Source of the DNA: an uncultured virus (IMG/VR IMGVR_UViG_2860837431_000002)
Taxonomy: Duplodnaviria > Heunggongvirae > Uroviricota > Caudoviricetes
Virus record (IMG/VR): IMGVR_UViG_2860837431_000002
Coordinates: 62,001-126,000 of that record
Direction: 5' to 3' (one strand)
Length of the DNA stretch: 64,000 nt
The notes beneath the pieces were generated by a model. It was not told the DNA's origin and searched no databases. It was given only the letters and a program-made list of their open reading frames with translations. The translations under genes and the position numbers were made by a program. Of the stretch, positions 39,764 through 53,088 are shown piece after piece; the first letter of the stretch is position 1, and each line of letters starts with the position of its first letter.

Positions 39764-42700
39764 TTGAGTCAAAACCTCAAAATTATACTAACCCCACAAG
39801 CTGATACCTCATCCAAAACTGTCGAACAGTTAAATCAGCAAATTAAATCTCTGGAAAAGAAACTCAATTCCCTCAAGCTCAATACTAATATTGATTCTAC
39901 AACCTTAAAAGCTCTGCAAGAATTCTCCTCTGCTGTCGATGCATATCAGAAAAACCTAAAATCCTATAATCAAACAGTTAGAGAAACCTCAACAGTAATT
40001 AAGAATGCTGACGGATCGGTTGAAAAACTCACCCAGCAATATAAGAAGAATGGTGAAATACTTCAACGCGAAACGAAAATAATCAATAATCGCAATACTG
40101 CTCTAAAGCAAGAAACTCAAGAGGTTAACAAGCTTACACAGGCCACTGAGAAACTAGGACAGGTTCAAAAAAAGACTGTGCAGAGAAATCTGCAAGGACA
40201 ACCAACAAAGATTGTGCAGAAAAATCGTCAAGGGTTCGATGATATTGTTTATACAACCGATCCTAAAACTAATTCGACCTCTTCAAAAACTACAACTAAT
40301 TATGATCAACAAAGGAGAGCAATTGAGCAGCTTAAGCAAGATCTAGAGAAGCTTAGACAGCAAGGTATTGTTACTGATACGACCATCTCATCTCTTGGCC
40401 GAAAAATAAACACAGCTCAATCCGCTCAACAAATTGAAGCACTGCAAAATAGGATAAGGATGTTAGATGATAAATCTGCGGCAGTTGCTAAGAACAACGA
40501 ATTAAAGAAAACTATTGAATTGTATCAGCGACAGGCACAAGTGAATGTCCAAAACCTAAATACACGGTACGGCAGTTCAATGGGCTCTAGTAATAGACAA
40601 GCTGTTCAAGATTATTTGAATGCAGTAAATAGTCTTAATGTAAGCACTGGAAGCAATAATATCAGATCACAAATTCAAAGCTTGAATATGCAATTTAGAG
40701 AATTAGCCTCCAGCGCTCAAGCAGCTGCTAATCAAGCCTCTTCTTTTGGAGCAGAACTAACCCAAACCTTCAAAAGCATGTCCACCTATTTAATCTCCGG
40801 TTCTTTATTCTATGGGGCTATCTCTGGACTTAAAGAAATGGTATCCCAGGCAGTTGAAATTGATACGCTCATGACAAATATCCGCCGTGTTATGAACGAG
40901 CCGGACTATAAATATAATGAACTTCTCCAAGAATCTATTGACTTAGGTGATACACTTTCAAATAAAATCACAGATATTCTCCAAATGACAGGCGATTTTG
41001 GGAGAATGGGCTTCGATGAAAGTGAACTCTCCACGTTAACGAAAACTGCTCAAGTTCTTCAAAATGTCTCCGATTTAACTCCCGATGATACAGTTAATAC
41101 TCTTACGGCAGCAATGCTCAACTTTAATATTGCAGCCAATGATTCAATATCAATTGCAGATAAATTAAATGAGGTTGATAATAACTATGCTGTTACAACA
41201 CTCGATCTAGCGAATTCTATCCGGAAAGCAGGTTCAACTGCTTCTACATTCGGGGTCGAGTTAAATGATCTTATTGGTTACACAACCGCAATTGCTAGTA
41301 CAACACGTGAATCAGGGAATATCGTCGGTAACTCTCTAAAGACAATTTTCGCTCGAATTGGGAATAATCAAAGCTCAATTAAAGCGTTAGATGAAATCGG
41401 TATTTCTGTTAAAACAGCTAGTGGAGAAGCTAAATCAGCAAGTGATTTAATTAGTGAAGTTGCTGGTAAGTGGGATACTCTTACTGATGCTCAAAAGCAA
41501 AATACTTCAATTGGAGTAGCTGGTATTTATCAGTTATCCCGTTTTAATGCAATGATGAACAACTTCTCTATTGCTCAGAATGCGGCAAAAACTGCAGCTA
41601 ACTCTACGGGAAGTGCATGGAGCGAGCAACAAAAATATGCTGATAGTCTACAAGCTAGGGTAAATAAGCTTCAAAATAACTTTACTGAATTTGCTATTGC
41701 TGCTTCAGATGCTTTTATTAGCGATGGATTAATTGAGTTCACTCAAGCAGCAGGTTCTTTACTTAACGCTTCAACAGGAGTAATCAAATCAGTTGGGTTC
41801 CTACCTCCCCTTTTAGCTGCAGTAAGCACTGCAACCCTTTTGCTCAGTAAGAATACCCGCGCATTAGCCACCACCCTAATTTTGGGCACACGTGCAATGG
41901 GGCAAGAAACTTTAGCAACTGCTGGGCTAGAAGCTGGTATGACTCGTGCAGCAGTCGCCTCAAGAGTTCTAAAAACTGCTCTTCGAGGGTTGCTTGTTTC
42001 AACATTAGTTGGCGGTGCGTTTGCTGCTTTAGGATGGGCGCTAGAATCATTAATTTCTTCTTTTGCAGAAGCTAAAAAAGCTAAAGATGATTTTGAGCAG
42101 AGCCAGCAAACCAATGTCGAAGCAATTACAACTAATAAGGATTCCACTGATAAACTAATACAGCAATATAAAGAGCTTCAAAAGGTTAAAGAGTCCAGAT
42201 CTCTAACTTCAGATGAAGAGCAAGAATACCTTCAAGTCACTCAGCAATTAGCACAAACTTTCCCTGCATTAGTTAAAGGCTATGATTCTCAAGGAAATGC
42301 AATTCTTAAGACAAATAAAGAGCTTGAAAAAGCGATTGAGAATACTAAAGAGTATTTGGCTTTAAAGAAACAAGAAACAAGAGACAGTGCAAAGAAAACA
42401 TTCGAAGACGCTTCTAAGGAAATTAAAAAGTCTAAGGATGAATTAAAGCAGTACAAGCAAATAGCTGACTACAATGATAAAGGTAGACCTAAATGGGATC
42501 TCATTGCCGATGACGATGACTATAAGATTGCTGCTGATAAAGCTAAACAAAGTATGCTCAAAGCTCAATCTGACATTGAGAGTGGAAATGCTAAAGTTAA
42601 AGATAGCGTCCTTTCAATTGCAAATGCTTATAGTTCAATTGATATCAGTAATACTTTAAAGACGAGTATTAGTGATGTTGTCAACAAACTTAACTTAAAA

Positions 42701-45700
42701 GATGATTTAGATCCTGAAGAATTAGAAAAATTCTCCTCTTCTTTAGGAAAGCTTCAAGAAAAAATGCAAAAAGCTTTAGATTCAGGCGATGAAAAAGCTT
42801 TCGATAACGCAAAAAAAGATCTTCAAAGTCTCTTAGAAACATACTCCAAATCCGATTCTTCTATTGATGTTTTTAAAATGAGCTTCGACAAAGCACAGAA
42901 GAACATAAAAGATGGAGATAAGAGCTTATCTTCCGTCAAATCTGAAGTTGGTGATTTAGGTGAGACGCTGGCAGAAGCAGGTAACGAGGCAGAAGATTTT
43001 GGTAAGAAGCTAAAAGAAGCTCTGGATGCAAATAGTGTTGATGATATTAAGGCAGCTATTAAAGAAATGTCAGATGCTATGCAGTTCGATTCCGTTCAAG
43101 ATGCCTTAAATGGGGATATTTTTAATAACACCAAAGATCAAGTAGCTCCTCTCAATGATCTTCTGGAAAAAATGGCTGAAGGTAAAAGTATTTCTGCAAA
43201 TGAAGCTAATACCCTTATTCAAAAAGATAAGGAACTTGCCAAGGCTATTAGCATCGAAAATGGCGTTGTGAAAATTAACCGTGATGAAGTTATCAAACAA
43301 AGAAAAGTTAAACTTGATGCTTATAACGACATGGTTAGCTACAGCAATAAATTGATGAAAACAGAAGTTAACAACGCTATCAAAACTTTAAACGCTGATA
43401 CCTTACGGATTGACAGCCTGAAAAAGCTACGAAAAGAACGAAAGCTTGATATGTCTGAGGCCGAACTGTCAGACCTAGAAGTTAAGTCAATTAATAATGT
43501 TGCAGATGCAAAAAAAGAACTTAAAAAGCTTGAAGAGAAAATGCTTCAACCTGGTGGATACTCCAATAGTCAAATTGAAGCAATGCAAAGCGTTAAATCA
43601 GCTTTAGAATCTTATATTTCTGCATCTGAAGAAGCCACCAGTACACAAGAAATGAATAAACAGGCACTTATTGAAGCTGGAACATCATTGGAGAATTGGA
43701 CAGATCAACAAGAAAAAGCCAATGAAGAAACCAAGACTTCCATGTATGTTGTTGATAAATACAAGGAAGCATTAGAAAAAGTTAATGCTGAGATTGACAA
43801 GTACAACAAGCAGGTCAATGATTATCCTAAATACTCTCAGAAATATCGAGATGCAATCAAGAAAGAAATTAAAGCACTTCAGCAAAAGAAAAAGCTTATG
43901 CAGGAACAAGCTAAGCTACTTAAAGATCAAATTAAATCCGGTAACATTACTCAATACGGTATTGTAACCTCTACAACTTCTTCTGGTGGAACCCCCTCCT
44001 CAACTGGTGGATCATATTCAGGCAAGTATTCAAGCTACATAAATTCAGCAGCTAGCAAATACAATGTTGACCCTGCCCTTATTGCAGCTGTAATTCAGCA
44101 AGAATCAGGTTTTAATGCTAAAGCACGGTCTGGTGTAGGTGCCATGGGATTAATGCAACTGATGCCAGCAACAGCAAAAAGCTTAGGAGTAAATAACGCT
44201 TACGATCCTTATCAAAATGTTATGGGTGGAACAAAGTACCTCGCCCAACAACTTGAAAAGTTTGGCGGTAATGTTGAAAAAGCATTGGCTGCATATAATG
44301 CTGGGCCTGGTAACGTAATTAAATATGGCGGTATCCCTCCTTTTAAAGAAACACAGAATTACGTCAAGAAGATCATGTCCAACTATAGCAAATCGCTCTC
44401 ATCTGCCACTTCTTCAATCGCCAGCTATTATACAAATAATAGCGCTTTTAGAGTAAGCTCCAAATATGGACAACAGGAATCTGGTCTCCGCTCCTCCCCA
44501 CACAAAGGAACTGATTTTGCTGCAAAAGCAGGTACAGCAATTAAATCTCTTCAAAGTGGTAAAGTCCAAATTGCTGGCTACAGTAAAACTGCAGGTAACT
44601 GGGTTGTTATTAAACAAGATGATGGAACAGTTGCCAAGTACATGCACATGCTTAACACTCCTTCTGTTAAAACAGGTCAATCAGTTAAAGCCGGTCAAAC
44701 TATTGGTAAAGTTGGTAGCACAGGGAACTCAACTGGAAACCACCTTCATTTACAGATCGAACAAAATGGAAAAACAATCGATCCTGAAAAGTACATGCAA
44801 GGTATTGGAACTTCTATTTCAGATGCGTCACAAGCTGAGGCAGAACGGCAACAAGGGATAGCCCAGGCTAAATCTGATCTTCTCTCCCTTCAAGGAGATA
44901 TAAATTCAGTCAATGATCAGATTCAAGAACTTCAGTATGAACTAGTTCAATCCAAACTCGATGAGTTTGATAAAAGAATTGGGGATTTTGATGTTCGGAT
45001 AGCTAAAGATGAATCAATGGCTAACCGATACACTTCTGACAGCAAGGAATTCCGCAAATACACCTCTGATCAGAAAAAAGCTGTTGCAGAACAAGCTAAA
45101 ATCCAACAACAAAAAGTTAATTGGATTCAAAAAGAAATAAAAACAAATAAAGCATTAAACTCCGCTCAACGTGCCCAGCTTCAAGAAGAGCTTAAACAAG
45201 CCAAGCTAGATTTAATTTCTGTTCAAGATCAGGTTCGTGAGCTACAGAAGCAACTTGTCCAATCTAAAGTTGATGAGACCCTTAAGTCAATTGAAAAGTC
45301 ATCTTCTAAAACCCAAGGGAAAATTAAAGATGTTGATAATAAAATTTCAATGACTGAAGAAGATGAGGACAAGGTTAAGTACTATAGCAAGCAGATAAAG
45401 CTCATTCAGCAACAACAAAAGGAAGCCAAAAAATATATCAAACAGCTTGAAGAGCAAAAGAAAGCTGCGAAAGGTTTCCCTGACATCCAGGAACAGATCA
45501 CTCATGAAATCGAAAACTGGAAAGATAAACAGAAAGATTTTAACCTTGAGCTTTATAACACCAAGAAGTCGATCAAGGACATCTATAAATCATTGGCTGA
45601 TGAAGTTGTATCCATCTACAAAGAGATGTACGAAAAAATGCGGGATATTGAGTTAGAAGCCCATCAGAAAGCGACACAAGATAAGATTGATGAGATCGAC

Positions 45701-46651
45701 AAAGAAGACGAAGAAGCTAAATATCAAAAGGAATTGAAGGAGAAAAACCAAGCAATACAGGAAACAAAAGATAAGATCAGTAAACTTTCCATGGACGACT
45801 CCTCTGAGGCTAAATCGCAAGTCAAAGACCTAGAGAAACAACTTCAAGAACAACAGGAAGCTTTGGATGAGTATATAAAAGATCGCAGCAACACAAAACG
45901 GAAAGAAGCCCTCCAGGATCAGCTTGATAAAGATGAGGAATCAATTAACAACAAGTACGATGACCTGGTAAATGATGAACGAGCATTCAAAAAGCTTGAA
46001 GATAAGCTTATGGATGGTAAAATCACTGATATCGCTAAACAGCTTAATGAATTCACCAAGTTCATAAACGAGAATATGAAGTCGATTGGGAAAAGTATTT
46101 CCAATAACTTGATTGATAAGCTTAAGGACGCTGCCAGTGCATTAAATACCGTTACAACTGGTAATACAACAGGTAAAAAGGTGTCATCATTTGCTTCTGG
46201 TGGATATACAGGCACGGGACTTGGAGCAGGAAAGCTCGCATTCTTACATGACAAGGAACTTATTTTAAACAAGACAGATACTGAAAACATGCTGGAAGCT
46301 GTGAAACAAGTTCGTCAAACGTCCACCGATAGTTCAACAAAGACTACCTCTAAATGGGGTCAACCTGGTAAAATTTCAGATGTTTTAAGTAAGAGTATTG
46401 CTCTTGTCACACCTGCTATGAACGCCGCGGTTTCTAGTCAAACAAATCTAACTAAAGGCTTTCCAACTCTTAAAAACTTCTCGACACCTACTGTACCCCC
46501 TTCTACACCTCAAGGGAATACATCAAACAATCAGAACTCAATCACAATTAATGTAACAGAAGCTAGTAATGCTAAAGAGACTGCAAGCTTAGTATACAAA
46601 CAATTAGCAAATGGGCTTAAAAATACTGGACTAAATTTCAACATCACATGA
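39764..46651 (+). CDS. cwlP: Tape measure protein with lytic transglycosylase (SLT) and M23 peptidase domains
   Basis: TMP core; IQQESGF...[18 protein letters not shown]...HLH M23; TTG start after AAAGGAAG. Confidence 0.95.
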   Translation: MSQNLKIILTPQADTSSKTVEQLNQQIKSLEKKLNSLKLNTNIDSTTLKALQEFSSAVDAYQKNLKSYNQTVRETSTVIKNADGSVEKLTQQYKKNGEILQRETKIINNRNTALKQETQEVNKLTQATEKLGQVQKKTVQRNLQGQPTKIVQKNRQGFDDIVYTTDPKTNSTSSKTTTNYDQQRRAIEQLKQDLEKLRQQGIVTDTTISSLGRKINTAQSAQQIEALQNRIRMLDDKSAAVAKNNELKKTIELYQRQAQVNVQNLNTRYGSSMGSSNRQAVQDYLNAVNSLNVSTGSNNIRSQIQSLNMQFRELASSAQAAANQASSFGAELTQTFKSMSTYLISGSLFYGAISGLKEMVSQAVEIDTLMTNIRRVMNEPDYKYNELLQESIDLGDTLSNKITDILQMTGDFGRMGFDESELSTLTKTAQVLQNVSDLTPDDTVNTLTAAMLNFNIAANDSISIADKLNEVDNNYAVTTLDLANSIRKAGSTASTFGVELNDLIGYTTAIASTTRESGNIVGNSLKTIFARIGNNQSSIKALDEIGISVKTASGEAKSASDLISEVAGKWDTLTDAQKQNTSIGVAGIYQLSRFNAMMNNFSIAQNAAKTAANSTGSAWSEQQKYADSLQARVNKLQNNFTEFAIAASDAFISDGLIEFTQAAGSLLNASTGVIKSVGFLPPLLAAVSTATLLLSKNTRALATTLILGTRAMGQETLATAGLEAGMTRAAVASRVLKTALRGLLVSTLVGGAFAALGWALESLISSFAEAKKAKDDFEQSQQTNVEAITTNKDSTDKLIQQYKELQKVKESRSLTSDEEQEYLQVTQQLAQTFPALVKGYDSQGNAILKTNKELEKAIENTKEYLALKKQETRDSAKKTFEDASKEIKKSKDELKQYKQIADYNDKGRPKWDLIADDDDYKIAADKAKQSMLKAQSDIESGNAKVKDSVLSIANAYSSIDISNTLKTSISDVVNKLNLKDDLDPEELEKFSSSLGKLQEKMQKALDSGDEKAFDNAKKDLQSLLETYSKSDSSIDVFKMSFDKAQKNIKDGDKSLSSVKSEVGDLGETLAEAGNEAEDFGKKLKEALDANSVDDIKAAIKEMSDAMQFDSVQDALNGDIFNNTKDQVAPLNDLLEKMAEGKSISANEANTLIQKDKELAKAISIENGVVKINRDEVIKQRKVKLDAYNDMVSYSNKLMKTEVNNAIKTLNADTLRIDSLKKLRKERKLDMSEAELSDLEVKSINNVADAKKELKKLEEKMLQPGGYSNSQIEAMQSVKSALESYISASEEATSTQEMNKQALIEAGTSLENWTDQQEKANEETKTSMYVVDKYKEALEKVNAEIDKYNKQVNDYPKYSQKYRDAIKKEIKALQQKKKLMQEQAKLLKDQIKSGNITQYGIVTSTTSSGGTPSSTGGSYSGKYSSYINSAASKYNVDPALIAAVIQQESGFNAKARSGVGAMGLMQLMPATAKSLGVNNAYDPYQNVMGGTKYLAQQLEKFGGNVEKALAAYNAGPGNVIKYGGIPPFKETQNYVKKIMSNYSKSLSSATSSIASYYTNNSAFRVSSKYGQQESGLRSSPHKGTDFAAKAGTAIKSLQSGKVQIAGYSKTAGNWVVIKQDDGTVAKYMHMLNTPSVKTGQSVKAGQTIGKVGSTGNSTGNHLHLQIEQNGKTIDPEKYMQGIGTSISDASQAEAERQQGIAQAKSDLLSLQGDINSVNDQIQELQYELVQSKLDEFDKRIGDFDVRIAKDESMANRYTSDSKEFRKYTSDQKKAVAEQAKIQQQKVNWIQKEIKTNKALNSAQRAQLQEELKQAKLDLISVQDQVRELQKQLVQSKVDETLKSIEKSSSKTQGKIKDVDNKISMTEEDEDKVKYYSKQIKLIQQQQKEAKKYIKQLEEQKKAAKGFPDIQEQITHEIENWKDKQKDFNLELYNTKKSIKDIYKSLADEVVSIYKEMYEKMRDIELEAHQKATQDKIDEIDKEDEEAKYQKELKEKNQAIQETKDKISKLSMDDSSEAKSQVKDLEKQLQEQQEALDEYIKDRSNTKRKEALQDQLDKDEESINNKYDDLVNDERAFKKLEDKLMDGKITDIAKQLNEFTKFINENMKSIGKSISNNLIDKLKDAASALNTVTTGNTTGKKVSSFASGGYTGTGLGAGKLAFLHDKELILNKTDTENMLEAVKQVRQTSTDSSTKTTSKWGQPGKISDVLSKSIALVTPAMNAAVSSQTNLTKGFPTLKNFSTPTVPPSTPQGNTSNNQNSITINVTEASNAKETASLVYKQLANGLKNTGLNFNIT

Positions 46652-46694
46652 GCCGGCTAAGATTGCCGGCTCTATTTATATTGGGGGTGAAAAA

Positions 46695-47456
46695 TTGATT
46701 AGGCAGAGCCAATATTTCATGTTTGATAACGTAAAGTCGATCGACTACGGTGTAGAAAACGTTAATACAGAGTCTGGGTTAGTTGAGGAATCTTTTTTGG
46801 GTTCACGATCAGTTAATGAAACTTATGTAAAAGGAAGATCAGAACCGTACACTGAAGGTGTCAAAAGAGAAGCAAAACAATTTCCTTTAAACTTTTATGT
46901 TGGTGAAAATTATGATGAGAAAAAAATAAGAGCAATTAAGCGCTGGCTAGATGTTGATGATTACAAGCCTTTAGCGTTCAGTGAAAATTTAGACATTGTG
47001 TATTATGCAATGCCCGTGGACACCAGTGATTTAGTCCATAATGCGGCTAGACATGGATATGTTCGTTTAACAATGAAATGCAACTCCCCTTATGCATACA
47101 GTCGAAACACAAGTACCCATTCCTTTGATATATCATCAGAAATGAAAATCATTGAACTCCATAATAAAGGCGATGTTGCGATTTACCCCACTGTTGAAAT
47201 TCTTAAAATTGGCGATGGCGATGTGAAAATCGAGAACCTAAGTGATTATACTGCCCCCTTTATTTTCAGCAATCTAAAAGACAGAGAAATTGTTAAAGTG
47301 AATGGCGTCAAAGAAACAATTGAATCGTCTTTATATGGGAATGAAAGATATGATGATTTTAATGACAATTATATTAAATTGGATTACGGAAAAAACCGAT
47401 TAAAAGTGACCGGAAAATGCAAACTGAGATTCACTTTCAGATTTAAGTATCGATAA
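46695..47456 (+). CDS. yomH: Distal tail (Dit) protein
   Basis: After the TMP; PYAYS, N.GD..YP motifs. Confidence 0.85.
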   Translation: MIRQSQYFMFDNVKSIDYGVENVNTESGLVEESFLGSRSVNETYVKGRSEPYTEGVKREAKQFPLNFYVGENYDEKKIRAIKRWLDVDDYKPLAFSENLDIVYYAMPVDTSDLVHNAARHGYVRLTMKCNSPYAYSRNTSTHSFDISSEMKIIELHNKGDVAIYPTVEILKIGDGDVKIENLSDYTAPFIFSNLKDREIVKVNGVKETIESSLYGNERYDDFNDNYIKLDYGKNRLKVTGKCKLRFTFRFKYR

Positions 47457-47468
47457 GAAGGTGAAAAA

Positions 47469-50111
47469 TTGATAACTATTCGCAAGGACACAGAAATAAA
47501 AAACATACGCTTATCCCTTGCTAAGCCAGACAAGACTAAAATAGCCAACATTGATGAAGTTCTGAATCCAACTGTAACTTTAAATCATGGAAGCAGCGTT
47601 CACGAACTCTCCTTCTCTATTCCGCTTAAAGCAACCTATGATGGCATAATTAAAAGAAACCATGTTGTAGATTTACTAAAACCCTGGTACCTAATTAAAA
47701 CAGCGTTCTATGGGCTTACGATTTGGTTTATTATCACTAAAAGAACCAAGTCTTTTAGCAGTGAAATGGATACTGTACAAGTTGAGTGCAGATCTCTTCA
47801 ACATGAATTGAGCAGAATAAGCGTTCTTAAATATGAGGAGACCTCTAAAAACCTCCAAGAAGTAGTTGCAGACTGTTTGAAGAATACTAGTTGGACGGTT
47901 GGATACATAGATACTCTCTTTAACATAAAACGAAGACAGTTTGATGTATCATCAACTAACAAGCTTGATTTTTTATATACAATCTGTGAGAAATTCGATG
48001 CAGTTCCAGTCTTTGATACAGTAAAAGAAACTGTAAGCTTCTATAAAGAATCTGACATTTCCAAATACAAAGGCCTTAAACTTAACCCCCGACAATATAT
48101 GATTAGCATGGACGATTCGGATGATGCAGATGAATTAATAACAAGACTATATGCTACTGGAAAAGATGGTATCGGTATTAATTCAGTGAACCCAACTGGA
48201 CAATCCTACATTGATGACTTTTCTTATTTCCTCTTCCCCTTTCAACGTGATGAACAACGAAATGTAATTTCCCACAGTGCTTATATGCCCGATGAACTTT
48301 GTCATGCAATTCTTGATTACAATGACCTTGTTAATAACGAAGGAAATGCGTTTAATAAACTTCTCACCCAAAAGAACGAAGCTGAGACTAGTTTAACCGA
48401 ATTGAATAATGAGCTTTACACCCTCGATCTTGAAGTCCAAAAGCTATTAGATCGAATTGAAGTTGCGAAGAAAGCTGGTGATGACACAAGTAAACTGAAA
48501 GCTCAACTTGTCGTAAAACAGAAAGCAGTTGCAGAAAAGAAAAACCAAATTGCTACGATTGAATCAACAATTTCTCAAATATCCGCTTCAATTTCTAAGC
48601 TTAAAGAAAAGCTTTCTTTTGAGAACAATTTTAGTGAAAATCAGCAAAAACTGCTCTCACGTTTCATTTCGACAACTGAGTGGTCAAATGACAGCATCTA
48701 TGATGAGAATGAACTTTATGATGATGCCAACGAAGAACTCGAAAGTCGCAATACACCACCAGTAAATGTAACACTCGATATAGTAAACTTTTTTAACTGT
48801 CTTAGTGAAAAACATAACTGGGATAGGTTCAGTTTAGGAGACATAGTACGAGTTCAACAAAGTGATTTAAATACCGATATTAAAGCCATACTTTCAGCAA
48901 TAACAATTGATTTTGAACAATCAAATATTAGTGTCACCGTTACAAATGGAAAAAGAGTTCAATCTGATTTTGAGAAAATTATAAAGACCGTTTACAGAAC
49001 CAACAAAATAAGTACTGAATTAAACAAAAGAAAGATTGAATGGGACAAAGTAACTGAAAACTTCAATATCCGAAATGACAGAATCTCAGTGCAGCCTGCT
49101 CCTCCTACCATTGCTTCTGATGGCACTGCAATTACCCATAAAGTAAATGATAACGGGTCAGTTGATATAACCATTCAGTGGAACTATGTTGATTCCGATG
49201 AGGACAAATACAACATTGATGGATTTGAGGTTTACTTACACGGTAGTGATGACAATGAAGAATACACATTTGGCTCTGTGCAAGCCAGTGAAAATTTACA
49301 AAATGTTAAATATGACAGGCGCACAGCTACTTTTACCGGCTTGCCTTCAAATATGTACTATACGATTGGTGTTCAAGCATATCGAAGAGTAGATGCAGAT
49401 ATTGATATTAATCAAATTCTTCTTTCGGATATAGTTAAATCAAGTCATCCTTCTGAAAACCCCTATCTCCCTTCTCCTTCTATTGAAGTAAAAGGAAGCC
49501 TTAGTGGAAAAGTTAATGGTCTCTATACAATCTCCACAGAAACTAAGCCAGAAGATCCAGAGACAGGGACAATTTGGATCAATCCTCAGAACAATAAACA
49601 AGAACTGTTTAACGGAGAAGAATGGATTGTCTCATCTGCAGGTTCAGCAGACTCCTTAAATGGTTTTACAGCTTCTACAACCACCTCGCCAAATTCAATA
49701 CCAGTGCGCAATGAATTAGGAATTATTAGTGGTTCAATAGACGGTAATGCAGAGTTGTTAGGTGGACGACCAGCATCAGATTATGTATTAGCTGAAAATA
49801 TCCCCCTACCTCCTAAGTTCGCAAAGGGTGTTTATATAGGAGACGGTACTCCAAGTAAACAAATCCCCCTCTCCTTTACTCCAGATCTAGTCAAAATAAC
49901 TCCAATTTCAAATGAAGACAGTATGCTGGTTATTGAAAGTCCTACAGGTGGTTATGCCTATCAATGTACAGCGTCTGGTCTTTCTCTAATTGGCGGAGAT
50001 TTAAGCTACGGAGCTTTAGGCGATAAAATCTTTTTAACTGGCTCAGATGAAAATTTTAGAGGAAACAAATTAAATGTCAAATATATATGGGAAGCTTACC
50101 AGCAAAATTAA
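47469..50111 (+). CDS. yomG: Baseplate hub/tail endopeptidase-like protein with FnIII domain
   Basis: [16 protein letters not shown] motifs; FnIII-like TGL..Y.I.V.A. Confidence 0.85.
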   Translation: MITIRKDTEIKNIRLSLAKPDKTKIANIDEVLNPTVTLNHGSSVHELSFSIPLKATYDGIIKRNHVVDLLKPWYLIKTAFYGLTIWFIITKRTKSFSSEMDTVQVECRSLQHELSRISVLKYEETSKNLQEVVADCLKNTSWTVGYIDTLFNIKRRQFDVSSTNKLDFLYTICEKFDAVPVFDTVKETVSFYKESDISKYKGLKLNPRQYMISMDDSDDADELITRLYATGKDGIGINSVNPTGQSYIDDFSYFLFPFQRDEQRNVISHSAYMPDELCHAILDYNDLVNNEGNAFNKLLTQKNEAETSLTELNNELYTLDLEVQKLLDRIEVAKKAGDDTSKLKAQLVVKQKAVAEKKNQIATIESTISQISASISKLKEKLSFENNFSENQQKLLSRFISTTEWSNDSIYDENELYDDANEELESRNTPPVNVTLDIVNFFNCLSEKHNWDRFSLGDIVRVQQSDLNTDIKAILSAITIDFEQSNISVTVTNGKRVQSDFEKIIKTVYRTNKISTELNKRKIEWDKVTENFNIRNDRISVQPAPPTIASDGTAITHKVNDNGSVDITIQWNYVDSDEDKYNIDGFEVYLHGSDDNEEYTFGSVQASENLQNVKYDRRTATFTGLPSNMYYTIGVQAYRRVDADIDINQILLSDIVKSSHPSENPYLPSPSIEVKGSLSGKVNGLYTISTETKPEDPETGTIWINPQNNKQELFNGEEWIVSSAGSADSLNGFTASTTTSPNSIPVRNELGIISGSIDGNAELLGGRPASDYVLAENIPLPPKFAKGVYIGDGTPSKQIPLSFTPDLVKITPISNEDSMLVIESPTGGYAYQCTASGLSLIGGDLSYGALGDKIFLTGSDENFRGNKLNVKYIWEAYQQN

Positions 50112-50117
50112 ACGGAG

Positions 50118-50948
50118 GTGATTAATCTGACCGACTTTGCTGAATTGTATAACGATCCAATTTTAAGTAAAAAAAGAAAAGGTTCAGTTGATGATCCCTA
50201 TCTGACTTATAATGAGACATTAACTGTCTATAACGGCAGAGTACTTCTGACTGAGATTCCAAACAGAGAGTTTCGTGTCGAAGTTATAGGAAGTAACAAG
50301 GAATGGCGAGAAATTGAAGATGGTGAGCTTGAAGACAATTATTTTAAGGTTGATTACCTTATGGGTGTTGTCTTTTTTAATGTTTCAAATGAAGGAAAAT
50401 CACTTACCTTTAATTACAGTGGTGAAGGTGCCTCCTTCTTCCCTGCCTCTCGAATTTGGATAAAACGACAAGGGAATATGGTTATTGAAACTCTTCAAGG
50501 ACTTATCGATGAAGCTGAAGATACAATAATTCGAATGAATGAACGTATAGCTGAATGTGAACGAGTTACAAAACGGTGCCAAGAAGTGGCAGCTTGGTGT
50601 AGACAGGCTACATCAAATTATGAAGAAGTTGTAGAAAATACAAGAAAAATTTATAAACCATCTGTCTATACCTATTCAGATATTTTCACCTATTACCCAA
50701 CCCCACAGATTGGTTGGACGGTGACTGTTAAAGAAACAAAAATCGTTTATCGGTGGGATGGATTTGAGTGGGTAGATATTGGAACTTCCGAAGTATATGA
50801 AGGTTTCAATATACTGCTAAGCGCAACAGAGCCATTTAATGCAAATTATATCTGGTATAAGGATGCCTCTTTTTCACCTGAGAAAAAACGAGTTGTTGTT
50901 TCAGATACAGCACCAGATTCAGGACAAGTATGGTACAAAACTGACTAA
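50118..50948 (+). CDS. yomF: Tail-associated protein (true start may be CTG 50127)
   Basis: Synteny; GGAGGTG SD; terminator after stop. Confidence 0.8.
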   Translation: MINLTDFAELYNDPILSKKRKGSVDDPYLTYNETLTVYNGRVLLTEIPNREFRVEVIGSNKEWREIEDGELEDNYFKVDYLMGVVFFNVSNEGKSLTFNYSGEGASFFPASRIWIKRQGNMVIETLQGLIDEAEDTIIRMNERIAECERVTKRCQEVAAWCRQATSNYEEVVENTRKIYKPSVYTYSDIFTYYPTPQIGWTVTVKETKIVYRWDGFEWVDIGTSEVYEGFNILLSATEPFNANYIWYKDASFSPEKKRVVVSDTAPDSGQVWYKTD

Positions 50949-50984
50949 GATCCCCTTTGGGATCTTTTTTATTGGAGGAAAGTT

Positions 50985-52919
50985 ATGGCTGGTTTTTATA
51001 GATATGATCAAAATTTAGATAAATATGTTCCGATGCCTGTTGAACTACTAGCTTCAGAAGGAGAAGAATACACCGCTCCTAAAATTACTCAGAAGTTTAA
51101 TGAAGTAGAAACGAAAACAACAGAAATTTTAAACAAGGTATTAACTGATGACAGATATTTTACAGTAACAAGTTCTTTTAAACAGGATGTCACTCTTGGT
51201 ATTGAGTACTATGTTACAAAGGTTACTCCTAAAACAACCGAAGCTAAAAAAAGTATGATTCAAAAAACGTTTGCATACGACTTTGAAAAATCCATTGATC
51301 CCACATCATCTTATTTTGGTACAACAAATCGTGAAACAGTTTTAAGTATGGCCAAACGAAAAAGATCTGTTGTTGCAATAAACGCTAGTGGTTGGCGATC
51401 AAATGGTGAAGTCATGGGGCTTCAAATTAAAGACGGAGTTCTCTACAAAGATTATGACGCTGCTGGATATACAGGCGCTGAGGCTTGTGTATTTTTTGAC
51501 GATGGAACTATGAAGGTTTACGGAAACAGAGAAGTTGATGCCGACATCCTAATTTCCAAAGGCGCACGAAACTCTTTTGCTTTTGGCATTTGGTTAGTTA
51601 AAGATTCTAAGCCAAGAACCGCTCAAATGACTACATGGGCAGATTTAAATGTTAAGCATCCTCGACAAGCCATTGGACAAAGATCTGATGGTACACTAGT
51701 TATCATTACTGTAGATGGCCGCTCACTTCGATCCAGTGGTATTACAGCTTATGATATGCCATCTTTATTTTTATCTGAAGGCTGTATTAATGCATTTCTT
51801 TTAGATGGTGGTGGAAGCTCTCAAACTGCTGTTGAAGGAAAATATATTAATAACATTAGTGATGGCATTGAACGTGCAGTGGTCGATACCTTAACAATTT
51901 CATATCCTGATGACGATACAGATAGCAGATTTTTTGAAGTTCAAGAAGGAAGAGGTTTGGCAACAAGTCTAAACAGACGTGTAGAGTTTATTGAATCCAA
52001 GCCTACTTGGAATGTATTAGATTTAGGCTTCTCACCAGATGGCTTAATCGATAATACAGCTAAGTTTAAAAAAGCCCTTAGTGATTTATCTGAAAAAGGT
52101 GGAGGGAAACTACATTTTCCGAAAGGTACATATTTAATCGGTAAACAGAATACAACTAGCGCTAGTGAAAAAATTGAACTCCCTTCAAATATCTCAATTG
52201 TTGGTGAAAGACGATCCTACACTAAACTCCTTCGAAATCCAAATCACTCACTTGATGAATTGTTGCGAATCACAGATCACAATTATATAGAAGGCATTGA
52301 AATTGATGGCAATAGCAGTGTAAATAAGAGTAGCTGCCGATTGATCGCAGGCGGAAATATAAAATCATTTAAAATGAAAGACTGCAGCTTGGTTAATGCT
52401 ACAGATAGAGGAGTGAGTATTCACGGGATCGGCAAGTCTATAACGATTGAAGGAATGTATATTTCCAATATAGCCAACGAGTGCATTAACGTTGCTGAAG
52501 GAGAAATTATTAAACTAATTGACTCTGAGATCACATTTAGCGGTACTGCCCTTTGGGTGGGTAATGCTGCAAATATCTTCACTAAGAATAACCTCGCAAA
52601 ATCCTTAAAAACCTTCGTCCGGTACAAAAACTCTCAAAATGCAATTTGTTCAGGAAACATTATCACTAATAATATTGATCGCGCAATTTGGGGATCTGTA
52701 AGAGAAGCTGTTTTCTCTGATAATGTTTTCAAGCAATGCCACTCTGATTATCACCTTTACTTTATTCAAGAAGACACTGGAACAAACGATTTAATTGTAA
52801 CTGGAAACTCAGTTTATAGTGATGTTGAAGGAACAGCTTTCATTAGAACTCCATCAGATATAGACAGAAGACGAGTGTCGGGTAACGTAGGTAATATACC
52901 TAGCTTGAACTTGGATTAA
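50985..52919 (+). CDS. yomE: Tail spike/depolymerase: phosphodiester glycosidase plus pectate-lyase-like beta-helix
   Basis: INAS, HPRQAIG, LDGGGS (NAGPA family); DNT..F...GG.LHFPKGTY beta-helix start. Confidence 0.88.
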   Translation: MAGFYRYDQNLDKYVPMPVELLASEGEEYTAPKITQKFNEVETKTTEILNKVLTDDRYFTVTSSFKQDVTLGIEYYVTKVTPKTTEAKKSMIQKTFAYDFEKSIDPTSSYFGTTNRETVLSMAKRKRSVVAINASGWRSNGEVMGLQIKDGVLYKDYDAAGYTGAEACVFFDDGTMKVYGNREVDADILISKGARNSFAFGIWLVKDSKPRTAQMTTWADLNVKHPRQAIGQRSDGTLVIITVDGRSLRSSGITAYDMPSLFLSEGCINAFLLDGGGSSQTAVEGKYINNISDGIERAVVDTLTISYPDDDTDSRFFEVQEGRGLATSLNRRVEFIESKPTWNVLDLGFSPDGLIDNTAKFKKALSDLSEKGGGKLHFPKGTYLIGKQNTTSASEKIELPSNISIVGERRSYTKLLRNPNHSLDELLRITDHNYIEGIEIDGNSSVNKSSCRLIAGGNIKSFKMKDCSLVNATDRGVSIHGIGKSITIEGMYISNIANECINVAEGEIIKLIDSEITFSGTALWVGNAANIFTKNNLAKSLKTFVRYKNSQNAICSGNIITNNIDRAIWGSVREAVFSDNVFKQCHSDYHLYFIQEDTGTNDLIVTGNSVYSDVEGTAFIRTPSDIDRRRVSGNVGNIPSLNLD

Positions 52920-52951
52920 GAATAAAGGAACAATAAAGGTGGTGGTTACGT

Positions 52952-52979
52952 TCTAGATAAAATATAGATTTTATTCAAA
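52952..52979. repeat. 28-bp dyad site, copy 7
   Basis: TCTAGATAAAA-TATAGA-TTTTATTCAAA; arms identical to copy 5. Confidence 0.88.
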
Positions 52980-53088
52980 ATACATACTTGAAAGACAGAG
53001 ATAACAAGAGCATGCGTGAGATAAGGAGAGATTGGGTTAAGTCCCCTTCTCTCTTTTTTGTGTTCAAATTTAATTATTAGGTGGATAG

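Noticed and set aside
41743..46290. Antisense and out-of-frame ORFs inside cwlP, and similar shadow ORFs in other long genes
   Set aside because: Typical shadows of codon bias, lacking SD and recognisable motifs
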